64,000 bases of DNA. Source: an uncultured Verrucomicrobiae bacterium. Lineage in GTDB: Bacteria > Verrucomicrobiota > Verrucomicrobiia > Limisphaerales > Palsa-1400. The DNA lies in contig CAVPOM010000008.1 of the NCBI GenBank assembly GCA_963707025.1, forward strand, positions 1 to 64,000, written 5' to 3'. Below, piece after piece: positions 38,362 to 48,369 of this stretch (position 1 is its first letter; each line of letters opens with the position of its first letter). Under the pieces are notes generated by a model, which was not told where the DNA came from, made no database searches, and saw only the letters and a list, made by a program, of their open reading frames with translations. A program made the position numbers and the translations under genes.

Positions 38362-39351
38362 ATGAAAATGCTGTTTTACATTTGTTTGGTTTCTCTTTTC
38401 GCGGAAGTCGCGTGGAGTCAGGAACCGATGACTTTGGAACAGTTCAAGAAACTTGTTGATACGCCGGGGGACACCAACGCTTTGCGTCCTGAATTGGCAT
38501 CACTTCCATTCTGGAGGAATGCGAGGTGCAGTATAAGTCTCAAATATCAAGACGGCAGGGTTTTTAAGGAAGAGTGTGCGCGGACCGCCAAGACGGTTGG
38601 CGGCAAGTATATCGTATTCAGCACGGATTCCCAGTATTACAAGCAGACGATGCATGCCATTGCGGGATACGACGAGAATGCTTCGGCAAACCGGCAATGG
38701 GGGCTTTTTGGAGACACGCTTACGGAAGCAACGATGATTTTTGACCCAGAAAGGAAAACCAGTGCCTCGACGGCGACCTACGCCGGTGGTTTCATAGAAA
38801 TTTCTGTAGGAAGCCATTCGGAAAAGGAAATGTCAGACCACACACTCGTGTATAAAGACGGTGTGCTGTTCATGACTCGAGATGTCAAGACGTGGCCAAT
38901 AGTCGCGCCGACAAAAGCCGATCAAACCGGTGCAACGAACGGAGGTTTACCGGCTGACGTTGTGCGGAAAACAATCCAGACCTACCAGATCGGCGTCACC
39001 ACCTTCACCGACTTCAAAAAGGACGCTAATCTGGAGGAAATGAAACCAGTTTCGGACAAACCGACGACTCACCAATATCTGGATCCGCAGTTGGGCTCCA
39101 TGGATTCAAAAATCCCCGGTGCTTTGCCCATTTACACAACTGGCGAGAACAGCCCTTGGAAAATACTCGAGCAAGGCGCGGAATCGAGTTCTGAATCCCG
39201 CACCACATCAGGCATTATGCTCGGCAAACCAAGTTCCTCATCCAGCCAGACAAGCAAATCGAAATTCGTCGTGGGCGATCCCAAAGGCCCGGTTTGCATC
39301 CTCATATTTGACGGCGCAGGAAAACTTACCGAACTCAAGCCTTTGCCATAA
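38362..39351 (+). CDS. Secreted hypothetical protein, probable chimera of two cassette genes
   Basis: Signal-like N-terminus; attC-left-arm-like DNA at about 38915-38950. Confidence 0.55.
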   Translation: MKMLFYICLVSLFAEVAWSQEPMTLEQFKKLVDTPGDTNALRPELASLPFWRNARCSISLKYQDGRVFKEECARTAKTVGGKYIVFSTDSQYYKQTMHAIAGYDENASANRQWGLFGDTLTEATMIFDPERKTSASTATYAGGFIEISVGSHSEKEMSDHTLVYKDGVLFMTRDVKTWPIVAPTKADQTGATNGGLPADVVRKTIQTYQIGVTTFTDFKKDANLEEMKPVSDKPTTHQYLDPQLGSMDSKIPGALPIYTTGENSPWKILEQGAESSSESRTTSGIMLGKPSSSSSQTSKSKFVVGDPKGPVCILIFDGAGKLTELKPLP

Positions 39352-39569
39352 GCAGATCCAGATCACCAGTCTCGCCTGTCCAACGACAATGAATGCCAGT
39401 ATCAATCCAGTTTCGAATCAGACGCCTGGCCAAAACGCGCATCCACGGCTCACTTCGAAAGCGGCCGCCCGTCAGCCGTACCGATTCATGGCGCAGACGT
39501 GTGCTTCGATGCACTTAGAGGAGCGCGAGCTGCTGACCACTCGGCTCGAATAGAATAGCAACAACCTGA

Positions 39570-40355
39570 TTAGCCTCCGGCGGAGGACTCGGGAACCCAG
39601 GCACCGAAACCTCCCCTGCCTGAACGTCTCAGGCCGATGCCGGCAAGCACTCGCTGGAACATCGCGCCATACCAGGATGGCCGGGCGACTTCAAAAGATT
39701 CCGGTTGCGAAGGGAGATCAAGCCTCAATCGTTCGAGTTTTATCCCGCCATCCTGCCAACGGCGAAGCGAGTGCGCCAGGTCTGGCTGCGGCTCGTTCCT
39801 GTCTCTTTGAACCAGCATCACGCGTTGGATTCCGCGCGAAGCGAGGAAGTTAGCCGACGGAAAATCCGTAGTGAAAGAGACCGAACGATTGTCAAACTCC
39901 TCCGGCTGCATCGTCCGGCCGGTGCCACGCCTGTTGGCGTCGAGGAGGAAAACGGGCGGTGCATCAAATGGCAGTTTTGTTCGGACGAGTTGTGCAGCGC
40001 CCTCTCTCAGAGCGCTGAGGATTGGCAAAACGTCAACTGCCGCCACCGCTTTGCTGGTGAGCGGGTCGAGGAGAAGTTCGCTGTATGGCAGGGGCACGGC
40101 ATTGTAGAGCGGGACGGGTTGATAGCCCCGCCCCGCAAGTGCAACTCCGGTCAGAACGCCTTCTGCGCCCGGGAGGTCGAGCACCAGCGCCGTGTTTGCA
40201 CCTGGCGGCGGAGCCCAGCTCACATCACCCGCCACCTCCGTAGTGGGGATTGGTGACATCTCCGAATCGAGGTGCGCGAACAAAACCGGCTTGGCCCAGC
40301 GCGACCAGGGCGAGTCGTCCAGCGCCCAAATTGAAAGGATTTCTTCTTTATTCAT
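39570..40355 (-). CDS. Conserved hypothetical protein
   Basis: WSRWAKPVLF...PVPLYN...FDNRSVSFTTDFPSA; overlaps the upstream gene. Confidence 0.75.
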   Translation of the reverse strand: MNKEEILSIWALDDSPWSRWAKPVLFAHLDSEMSPIPTTEVAGDVSWAPPPGANTALVLDLPGAEGVLTGVALAGRGYQPVPLYNAVPLPYSELLLDPLTSKAVAAVDVLPILSALREGAAQLVRTKLPFDAPPVFLLDANRRGTGRTMQPEEFDNRSVSFTTDFPSANFLASRGIQRVMLVQRDRNEPQPDLAHSLRRWQDGGIKLERLRLDLPSQPESFEVARPSWYGAMFQRVLAGIGLRRSGRGGFGAWVPESSAGG

Positions 40356-41625
40356 CGTCTTCGAGGAGCAGCGCAATATCCGCCGCCGCAAAATCAATCA
40401 CAGGTTGTTTGGAGCAACGCGCATAGGCGCCTGCGGTTCGTCCGTTCACGGTATATACCCCCACGCACACATGTCGCAGCCCGAGCGGCGTGGACACGGG
40501 CACGGACTCGAAACGCCGTTGAGCCACCCAATTGCCGGGTGAGAGTCCCACGGCCAGCCGCGTCCGCAGCCAGTCCCCAGGCCGCATCAACTCGCGGACG
40601 CTGACGGTATCACCTGTATTGCACAGCGCGGTCTTCAGCAACCAACCGTCATCGCGAGGCCATGGCGCATCCTGCGGGGCGCGTGTTTCAGGAAGCAAGC
40701 CTCGCCAGGTGGGTACCCGAGTGGAAAGTTTATCCCAGACGAGCGGAAAGCGTTTGCTTTCCGAAATGACAGCCAGCGCCGGATTGGCCACGCGCGTTCT
40801 CCCGCCTCGAAAGAAGTATTCCCAGCCGGATTTTTCCGGCAGCCGTGAAAACCACTCGGCCTGGTAAAACCGAACAATCGCATCCAGCGGCCCGCGATGC
40901 CATGCGGTCACAAGATAAGCCAAGCCCTCGCGCCAAAACACCTGTTCCGGCTTGGCCAGATGCGGGTGGCATCCGCGTTCACGCAGCCGCGCTGCCAGAT
41001 ACGCGATGACCTGATGATCCTCCATGTAACCAGGTGCCGATAATAGAGCGACCACGCCGGACGGCCCCGCGGCTGCGGCAAGCGCGTCGCTCCAAACGTT
41101 ACCGGGATTTCCAGTGGGTCGGAGATGCGGAAAGTGTTGCGCCATCAGAGTGGTGAAACAGGACGCTTCCGTGAATCCGCCCGGCACATCGCTGTTGGCT
41201 TCAGAGATTCGCCAGCCCTGGGTGGTGTAATGGAAATCAAACCGCATCACGCGGCCTGCTGCGGGCGTCAGCGGCGCTTTCCCTGCCAAGACTCGACACA
41301 ATGAACGCGGCAACCCCAAAGGACTGAGCAATTCCGGCCGCCGCGAAATCTCTTCCTCTGCGGCAATTGCTTCGGAGGTGAGTTGTTCAGCCTGGGAAGC
41401 GATTTGTCTCCAGGCGCTCGATTTTAACACAAGCGGAAACGGGGTCAGGGTGTCTTCGTCGCCGACTTGCGGGTCCCATTTGCACCCCTCCAACACAGCG
41501 CGCCGACGGAGAGCGGAGAACGGCTCTGCATTAACCGCCTCTTCGGCCCGCAAGTCATGAGGGTTCTCCACCGTTCGTGGAGGGGACTCAGGTTCGCGCC
41601 ATCGTGTCGTGAGAGAAGTTGTCAT
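40348..41625 (-). CDS. Glutathionylspermidine synthase-like ATP-grasp ligase
   Basis: MRFDF...ISEANSDVPGG..E, RFYQAEW, SESK, WVAQRRF. Confidence 0.82.
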   Translation of the reverse strand: MTTSLTTRWREPESPPRTVENPHDLRAEEAVNAEPFSALRRRAVLEGCKWDPQVGDEDTLTPFPLVLKSSAWRQIASQAEQLTSEAIAAEEEISRRPELLSPLGLPRSLCRVLAGKAPLTPAAGRVMRFDFHYTTQGWRISEANSDVPGGFTEASCFTTLMAQHFPHLRPTGNPGNVWSDALAAAAGPSGVVALLSAPGYMEDHQVIAYLAARLRERGCHPHLAKPEQVFWREGLAYLVTAWHRGPLDAIVRFYQAEWFSRLPEKSGWEYFFRGGRTRVANPALAVISESKRFPLVWDKLSTRVPTWRGLLPETRAPQDAPWPRDDGWLLKTALCNTGDTVSVRELMRPGDWLRTRLAVGLSPGNWVAQRRFESVPVSTPLGLRHVCVGVYTVNGRTAGAYARCSKQPVIDFAAADIALLLEDDE

Positions 41626-42332
41626 TTGGGCATCCCTTCCCAAGGGCCAAGATGCCACACCCAGGTTGCGCCAAACACAAGATAAAGCAGAGCCGGAAGC
41701 ACTCCGTATCCCGGCCACGCCGGAAATGGACGGTGCCGACTCGGCCGGGCGAATCTCTCGATGAACAACGCGATCGCGAATAAGACAGCCGCCGGCCAGC
41801 CATCGTGAATAAAATCGCGGATTGTCGCACCCTCCGAATGCCAGTCCCCGGCCACGGCGCGCCCCAGCATCAGCCCGATCGCCAGCAGGAAACCGCCCAG
41901 CCTCAGACCGGAAGCCAGGTCGCGTTCTTCTGCGATGGACCTGGAGACTCTCGCTCCAACCTCGAGCAGTATCCAGAACACGAGCAAACCTGCTGTCCCA
42001 AGTCCCGCAGAGAAAATGTTGTTCCAATACGAAGGTCCTTCCCCGATGCTGCCGCCGGCATAGATGAAGGATACACCGATGATCGCACCACAAAGAGCGA
42101 CCAGGGCCGCCATATTCTTTCGCTCCGTGACATCGTCGCGAAGACTTAAACCGAGCCAGGAAAAAAGCAAGGTCGCAAGGATGAGCCAAACTGTTCCCAT
42201 GGCCGTAAGATAAAACACCTCGCCGGCATCGGCCCGGATCTCTGCCGCACCCCACAGATGCAGCGCCACGGCGACCATGATCAGGCTCCCCGCGACACAG
42301 AGGCCGAACGCCCAGCGCAGGCTACTTTTCAT
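41622..42332 (-). CDS. DUF350-like membrane protein
   Basis: ERKNMAALV / EERDLASGL repeated TM motif; ATGA overlap. Confidence 0.7.
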   Translation of the reverse strand: MKSSLRWAFGLCVAGSLIMVAVALHLWGAAEIRADAGEVFYLTAMGTVWLILATLLFSWLGLSLRDDVTERKNMAALVALCGAIIGVSFIYAGGSIGEGPSYWNNIFSAGLGTAGLLVFWILLEVGARVSRSIAEERDLASGLRLGGFLLAIGLMLGRAVAGDWHSEGATIRDFIHDGWPAAVLFAIALFIERFARPSRHRPFPAWPGYGVLPALLYLVFGATWVWHLGPWEGMPK

Positions 42333-42429
42333 AACGGATCTGTGATGATTGTTGAGGTTTCAGCATCGCCAGATAAGCGAGCTTGCCCTCCACTTTCGCG
42401 CGGGCGCCATCTGTGACCTCGCTCTTGCT

Positions 42430-42736
42430 TTTGTGGGACACCTCGCCAAACCGGGCCAACGGCATGGATCAGATGCCGTGCCTTCAGATTGCCGCCCGTC
42501 GTGATGACCGCGTCCCCAATGGGACAACCCCCTATTTTCCGGCACTCTTCATAAATTTTTGTCCCGCCCTTTGTGTGGATGCTTCCATCCGTGCCCGACC
42601 CTTTGTTGAGCCGCCAGTGTGCAGCCGTCACGACGGCATCGGTATCCTGTTCGGCGATGTCACCCGTTACCAAGCGCAGGATGGTCTTTCCAATTTTTGT
42701 TTCAGTCGGCATGGTGCGATGATCGCTGTTCGCCAC
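42430..42736 (-). pseudogene. Macro domain protein (YmdB-like), 3'-truncated
   Basis: GDI...TDAVV.AA...GDAVITTGGNL....IHAVGPVW, then homology is lost. Confidence 0.8.
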
Positions 42737-42850
42737 CGAATTCTTTCACCGGTGAAGATATTCTCCCTGCCAACGGAATTTGTCGAGGGCGCCGTGTTCC
42801 TTGGAAATGGGTTCCGGTTTCGGCCACAATTTTGCCTGTGAATCAACGGA

Positions 42851-43558
42851 CTAAAGCATTTTCCCTCCGAGGAGAGATGTGGCGCATCCGAAAAAATGAC
42901 TCCTGACCGAGACTTTCAGGCCAAGATCACGAAAGACTGTGGCGACTCTTTCGCATGAGCCGAAGGCTTTGGTGTAAACGCCAAGCGTGCGGTAGCATTC
43001 TATATCGCCAAGGCAAATCTTCCCGATGAGAGGGATGATGGAAGCGACATACCAGCGATAGAGCCAACCCAAACACCAGTCTTCGGCGCACGAAATCTCC
43101 AGCAGGGAAAAATGCCCGTTTGGCTTGAGAATGCGCCGAATCTCGCTGCCAAAGCGCACCAGGCCATCGTCCCCCAGCGTCTTCAATCCAAACGCGCTGA
43201 CCACGAAATCCACCGATTCTGGCGGAATGGATGTGGCCACGGCATTCTCGCAACGCACGTCTATTGGCAAACCCTTCGACAAGCGGCGCAGCTTCTGACG
43301 TTCGGTCATCACTTGTGAGAAATCTATGGAGATTACGGGATTCGCCCCCCGGCGAAGAATGTGGGACCAACACTCGCCGGTTCCTGCCATCATGTCGCAA
43401 ACGAAAGCCCTCGGCGTGATTGGCAGGTTGGCCACGCATTGGCGGCGCCAGAACGCGGAAAAACCGAACGAAGAGACCAAATTCACGAGATCGTAGGTCC
43501 GTCCCATGCGATCAAAAAGCGCCTGCACATAAATGTCGTCATACCGAGGCTGAATCAT
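42851..43558 (-). CDS. UbiE/COQ5-like SAM methyltransferase
   Basis: YDLVN.VSSFG...WR, DMMAGTGE, AFGLK, RILKPNG. Confidence 0.85.
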   Translation of the reverse strand: MIQPRYDDIYVQALFDRMGRTYDLVNLVSSFGFSAFWRRQCVANLPITPRAFVCDMMAGTGECWSHILRRGANPVISIDFSQVMTERQKLRRLSKGLPIDVRCENAVATSIPPESVDFVVSAFGLKTLGDDGLVRFGSEIRRILKPNGHFSLLEISCAEDWCLGWLYRWYVASIIPLIGKICLGDIECYRTLGVYTKAFGSCERVATVFRDLGLKVSVRSHFFGCATSLLGGKML

Positions 43559-43632
43559 GGCAGACCTTATCATATCTGGGCGGTTCGAGAATGCCCAAAA
43601 AAACGCGTTTGACAAACCGGCAGATTTGTGCG

Positions 43633-43652
43633 ATTTCTGTATTAACAGAAAT
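43633..43652. promoter_or_regulatory. Palindrome ATTTCTGT-ATTA-ACAGAAAT, putative GbsR-family operator
   Basis: 8-bp arms between divergent genes; second copy at 44206. Confidence 0.65.
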
Positions 43653-43661
43653 GAAAGAATT

Positions 43662-44180
43662 ATGAAACTCAGCGCGGTACAGCAAAAATTCATTCTCCAT
43701 TGGGGCGAGATGGGGACCCGCTGGGGCATCAACCGCACCGTCGCGCAAATTCATGCGCTGCTTTATCTTTCGCCGCACCCGTTGAACGCGGAGGAAATTG
43801 CGGAGGTCCTGGATGTCGCCCGCTCCAACGTGAGCAACAGCCTCAAGGAGTTGCAGGCGTGGCGGATTGTCAAACTCGTCCATGTGTTGGGCGACAAGCG
43901 GGATCACTTTGAAAGCATGAGCGACGTCTGGGAAATGTTCCGGCTGGTGCTGGACGAGCGGAAGCGCCGCGAGGTTGATCCCACGCTGGCCATGCTCCAG
44001 GAGTGCCTGGCGGACGCGGAAAAAGGCGCCGACAAACATACCGAGAACCGCCTGCGCGAACTGCATCGTTTCTTTACGACGACGAGTGCCTGGTATTCGC
44101 AACTGGCCAAGTGGCCCACCTCGGCCTTGGCCAAAATGAGCAACTTGGGGGAAAAGGCATTAAAGGTCCTGAGCGGATAG
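43662..44180 (+). CDS. GbsR/MarR family transcriptional regulator
   Basis: FILHWGEMGTRWGINRTVAQIHALL...ARSNVSNSLKEL. Confidence 0.92.
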   Translation: MKLSAVQQKFILHWGEMGTRWGINRTVAQIHALLYLSPHPLNAEEIAEVLDVARSNVSNSLKELQAWRIVKLVHVLGDKRDHFESMSDVWEMFRLVLDERKRREVDPTLAMLQECLADAEKGADKHTENRLRELHRFFTTTSAWYSQLAKWPTSALAKMSNLGEKALKVLSG

Positions 44181-44205
44181 AGCGGATATTTTTTAAACTA
44201 TGAAA

Positions 44206-44221
44206 TTCTGTGACTACAGAA
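44206..44221. promoter_or_regulatory. Second operator copy TTCTGT-GACT-ACAGAA
   Basis: Same TTCTGT-N4-ACAGAA motif upstream of the MBOAT gene. Confidence 0.6.
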
Positions 44222-44239
44222 ATTACAGAACGAAAGAGA

Positions 44240-45136
44240 ATGGATAAGCCGGCTTTTGCGCCGGCGCCGCACGGCCGCGTGGCGCTGAAGTGGCTTCCCG
44301 CCGTTCTGCCGGTTGCGTTGTGCGCCGCAGTCGCCCGGCATCTCCCCGGCTGGATCTATATGTGGCTCCTCGCCGCCTCAATCTTCGCCGGCGCAAAATG
44401 GGTCACAATCGTGGATGCGCTGCCCCGGAGGGATGTGTCATTGAGACGCATGGCCGCTTACTTGTTCCTGTGGCCGGGACTGGATTTTCGCGGCTTTCAA
44501 AAGGACAGACGCCCGGAAGCGCCGACCGTGGCCGAATCGATCTGGGCGTGCGCAAAAACCCTTTTCGGTGCCGCTCTTGTCTGGGGAGTGCTTCGCTCCC
44601 TTCCATCCGCGCATCCGATTTTGATCGGTTGGATGGGAATGCTTGGAATCGTCTTTGTCCTGCATTTTGGACTTTTCCACATTTTGTCGAATGTTTGGCG
44701 GGCCGTCGGCTTCAACGCTCCACCGCTGATGACAAATCCAATTCGAGCGACTTCGCTTGCCGGATTTTGGGGTGGGCAATGGAACAAAGCGTTCCTCGAC
44801 CTGATGGCCCCTCATATCTTCGCGCCGCTCGCCAGGGCATTTGGAGCGACCAAGGCCGCATTCGCTGTTTTTCTATTCTCAGGATTGCTGCACGAAATGG
44901 TGATATCACTGCCGGCCCGGGGTGGTTTTGGGTTGCCGACTCTTTATTTCACAGTCCAGGGCGCCGGACTTCTAGGGGAGCGCAGCCGCTTGGGCCGAAA
45001 ACTTGGCTTGGGACGGGGATTTCGGGGTTGGCTGTTTACTGCGGTTGTCACCGGCGGTCCCGCCTACTGGCTTTTTCACCCGATCTTCGTCCGCCACGTC
45101 ATATTGCCGATGCTGCGGGCCATCGGCGCAATATAG
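44240..45136 (+). CDS. MBOAT (wax-synthase-type) acyltransferase
   Basis: P..ATSL..FWG..WN, FLFSGLLHE. Confidence 0.88.
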   Translation: MDKPAFAPAPHGRVALKWLPAVLPVALCAAVARHLPGWIYMWLLAASIFAGAKWVTIVDALPRRDVSLRRMAAYLFLWPGLDFRGFQKDRRPEAPTVAESIWACAKTLFGAALVWGVLRSLPSAHPILIGWMGMLGIVFVLHFGLFHILSNVWRAVGFNAPPLMTNPIRATSLAGFWGGQWNKAFLDLMAPHIFAPLARAFGATKAAFAVFLFSGLLHEMVISLPARGGFGLPTLYFTVQGAGLLGERSRLGRKLGLGRGFRGWLFTAVVTGGPAYWLFHPIFVRHVILPMLRAIGAI

Positions 45137-45146
45137 AAGAATAACC

Positions 45147-45572
45147 ATGAAAACGAACACCATGATCGTGCTTCTGCAAATTGCCGGAGTTCTGCATCTC
45201 GGATTGATCGCGGCGGGCCTTCTCATGCCCCGCGCGGTGAAGCTGCGATCCCATCTCGCGGCATTGCCGCCATTCATTCGGCGGCTGTATTGGGTTTACT
45301 ATTCGTTCATCGGTTTGTGCTTGGTGGGTTTTGGCTCGCTCAGCTTTGGCCTGGCGGGCGCTCTGGCGGCAGGCGGCCCGTTGCCCCGCGCCATCTGCGC
45401 CTTTCTGGCGGCCTTTTGGACTCTACGGCTAATAGCGGCAATCTTCATTTTTGATGTCCGCCCTTATTTGACATCCTCGTCACTGCGCCTCGGCTATCAC
45501 GCGACAAACATTGCCTTTGTTTATCTTCCCGTGGTTTACGCGCTCGCGGCTTGGCAGGGAGGCACGCCGTGA
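45147..45572 (+). CDS. Four-TM membrane protein
   Basis: Hydrophobic; FW.LRL motif; GTGA overlap with the next gene. Confidence 0.75.
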   Translation: MKTNTMIVLLQIAGVLHLGLIAAGLLMPRAVKLRSHLAALPPFIRRLYWVYYSFIGLCLVGFGSLSFGLAGALAAGGPLPRAICAFLAAFWTLRLIAAIFIFDVRPYLTSSSLRLGYHATNIAFVYLPVVYALAAWQGGTP

Positions 45573-46558
45573 AAATCGCGATCACTGGCGGAACGGGTTT
45601 TGTCGGACGCAATGCCGCCCGGTCCTTGGCCGGGGAAGGGCATGAGGTCGTATTGATCGCGCGCGGAATGGACCGGACCGATCCCGGAATCCGCCAATTA
45701 GGCCGGTCGCAATTTGTGGGAATAGGATTGGACGACGTTGACAGTCTGGCGCGCGCATTTGCGGGAGCCAAGGTGGTTGTGCATTGCGCCGGGATCAATC
45801 GCGAAACCGGCGCTCAGACCTTTCAACGCGTTCATGTTGAGGGAACCCGCCATGTGGTCGAGGCGGCGCGACGGGCAGGCGTGGATAAAATCATCTTGAT
45901 AAGCTTTCTCCGCGCGCGGCCCGACTGCGGTTCGGGCTATCATGAATCCAAGTGGGCGGCTGAAGAGATCGTGCGCGGGAGTGGACTCGATTATACCGTG
46001 CTAAAATGCGGGGTGATTTACGGCAAGGGGGACCACATGCTCGACCATCTCAGTCACGGCTTTTACACTTTCCCCATTTTTGCGTTTGTGGGCTTTCGGG
46101 ACAAACCCATCCGGCCAAACGCGGTGGAGGACATCGTGCGCATCATCAAAACTGCGGCCTTGAACGGCGCTCTTTCCCGGCGGACCGTGGCGGTGCTCGG
46201 TCCGGAGGAGATGACGTTGCGGCAGGCCGTCCGCCGCGTCGCCCGGGTTGTGGGCAAGCATCCGCTCATGTTCCCGATGCCCGTCTGGTTTCATTATATC
46301 CTTGGCTGGTTTGTGGAAAGGCTGATGGCCGTGCCCCTGGTTTCCACCGCGCAGGTGCGGATGCTTTCCGAAGGCCTGGCCGAGCCAGCCCCAGCTTGTG
46401 ACCTGGTCCCGGCCGATCTCGCTCCCCGAATCCCCTTCAACGACGAGCAAATTCGCAAGGGATTGCCGCCGCCAGGGCCTTTCGGCTGGCGAGACCTGCG
46501 CTGCTGCCATCGTTCGACCGCTGCGCACACAACGATTGTTTTTCTCGAAATGCCCTGA
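45569..46558 (+). CDS. NDUFA9-like atypical SDR oxidoreductase
   Basis: ITGGTGFVG, HCAG, YHESK. Confidence 0.88.
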   Translation: MKIAITGGTGFVGRNAARSLAGEGHEVVLIARGMDRTDPGIRQLGRSQFVGIGLDDVDSLARAFAGAKVVVHCAGINRETGAQTFQRVHVEGTRHVVEAARRAGVDKIILISFLRARPDCGSGYHESKWAAEEIVRGSGLDYTVLKCGVIYGKGDHMLDHLSHGFYTFPIFAFVGFRDKPIRPNAVEDIVRIIKTAALNGALSRRTVAVLGPEEMTLRQAVRRVARVVGKHPLMFPMPVWFHYILGWFVERLMAVPLVSTAQVRMLSEGLAEPAPACDLVPADLAPRIPFNDEQIRKGLPPPGPFGWRDLRCCHRSTAAHTTIVFLEMP

Positions 46559-46562
46559 ACGC

Positions 46563-47378
46563 ATGACCAAGCCGTCTCAATTGCAAACTGTGGAATGGCG
46601 CGACCTCGTGACGCTAACGCCAGCGGAAAAGGCTTGGGAACTGACGTTGAGCCTTCCGTGGCTTCTGGTCTCACTCTGGTGCTATGGTCAAGGCTGGTGG
46701 CGGACCGGCCTGGCCTGTTCGTTTTATTTTTTTCTAACCGGTTTGCGACAGTCCCACAATGCGCAGCATTACGCGCTTGGCCTGCCGCGAGCCGTTCAAG
46801 ACAGCGTGCTTTTCGTCCTGAGCGTGTTGATGCTCGCCTCGATGCATGGGGTCCAAGTGACCCATCTTCATCACCATCGCCATTGTCTGGAGGACGACGA
46901 TGGGGAGGGCGCGACCGCGCGGTTGTGCTGGTGGCGGGCGTTGCTGATCGGACCGCTTTTTTTCACAAGATTGCACGTATCGGCATGGCGGCTGGCAACC
47001 GCATCGAAACAGCGGTGGATCGCACTGGAATTGTGCGCAGTCGCCTCAGTTGTGGCATTTGCCGCTTTTCCCTCAGTGCCGTTGGCGCTACGGTGGCACA
47101 CGGCGACCATGTTGACCGGAGAGTGCCTGACGGGATTCTTTGCCGTTTGGACCGTGCATCACGGGTGCAACTCTCACGAGCCGGGGCGCACGCAACGTGG
47201 ACGCTGGTTAAACATGGTCTCGTATTCGATGTTCCTCCATGCGGAGCACCATCTCTTTCCTGCGGTGCCGACAACGCACCTGAAGGAACTCGCCCGCAGA
47301 ATAGACGCGGCGATGCCTGGACGGAATCAACAAGAAGTGCTCCGCTTTGGCGGTGGCGCGCAAAACACAATGATATGA
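46563..47378 (+). CDS. Fatty acid desaturase family protein
   Basis: His boxes HNAQH, HLHHH, HH, HAEHHLFP. Confidence 0.88.
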   Translation: MTKPSQLQTVEWRDLVTLTPAEKAWELTLSLPWLLVSLWCYGQGWWRTGLACSFYFFLTGLRQSHNAQHYALGLPRAVQDSVLFVLSVLMLASMHGVQVTHLHHHRHCLEDDDGEGATARLCWWRALLIGPLFFTRLHVSAWRLATASKQRWIALELCAVASVVAFAAFPSVPLALRWHTATMLTGECLTGFFAVWTVHHGCNSHEPGRTQRGRWLNMVSYSMFLHAEHHLFPAVPTTHLKELARRIDAAMPGRNQQEVLRFGGGAQNTMI

Positions 47379-48317
47379 AGCATCGTCTTATTCTGGCCGG
47401 CGGTTCGGGTTTTCTTGGACAGGCGCTTGCCGCTCATTTCCACAGCGCCAATTGGGAGGTCGTCGTTTTGACTCGTTCTCCCAAGACCAGGAGCGATGGC
47501 GTTGTAGAAGTTCAATGGGACGCTGGCACCCTGGGCCGATGGGCAGAACAACTCGAAGGCGCGGACGCGGTGGTGAACTTGACGGGTAGATCGGTGAATT
47601 GCCGATACAACGCCCGCAATCGAAAGGAAATCCTGGAATCGCGCGTTCGGTTCAACGCGTGTCCTCGGTGAAGCGATTGGCCGGTGCGCCACCCCGCCTC
47701 CTGTTTGGCTGAATGCCAGCACGGCGACCGTTTATAAGCACACATTTGGTGAGCCTTGGGACGAAACGGGTGCGATGGAGCCCGCAGCGGAAGCAAAAGA
47801 CGCATTTTCCGTCGAAGTCGCAAAAGCCTGGGAAGCCGCTTTGGAGGAAGCGCCGACGCCCAGGACGCGCAAAGTTGCCATGCGCATGGCGCTGGTTCTG
47901 GGCACGGGCAGGAACAGCGTTTTCCCGGTGCTGCGGCGTTTGGTACGGCTTGGACTTGGAGGAAAGATGGGAAGCGGCAAGCAATATGTCTCCTGGATCC
48001 ACGTTGCGGATTACTGCCGGGCTGTCGAGTGGATAATCGCCCACCACGAGCTTTCCGGACCCGTTAACGTGACGGCGCCAAATCCTGTTCCCAATCGAGA
48101 AATGATGCGACTTCTGAGGAAGGCTTGCGGCGTGCATTTGGGTTTGCCTGCTACCAACTGGATGCTGGAAATCGGAGCGTTCTTTCTCAGGACCGAAACT
48201 GAACTGATTATCAAGAGCCGCCGTGTCATTCCAGGTCGCTTGTTGAAATCGGGGTTTTGCTTTGAATTTCCGATTCTCGACGCAACTTTTGAAAATCTCG
48301 TGGACCAGCCAAATTGA
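47375..48317 (+). pseudogene. TIGR01777 family epimerase, +1 frameshift at about 47651
   Basis: AGGSGFLG, VVNLTGRSVNCRY; continues in another frame as STRVLGEAI...SWIH...GPVNVTAPNP. Confidence 0.85.
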
Positions 48318-48369
48318 ATGGCCGCCTTTGGTCCTGCCGGCGAGGCAAACCGAGCGGATGCGCTGGCGC

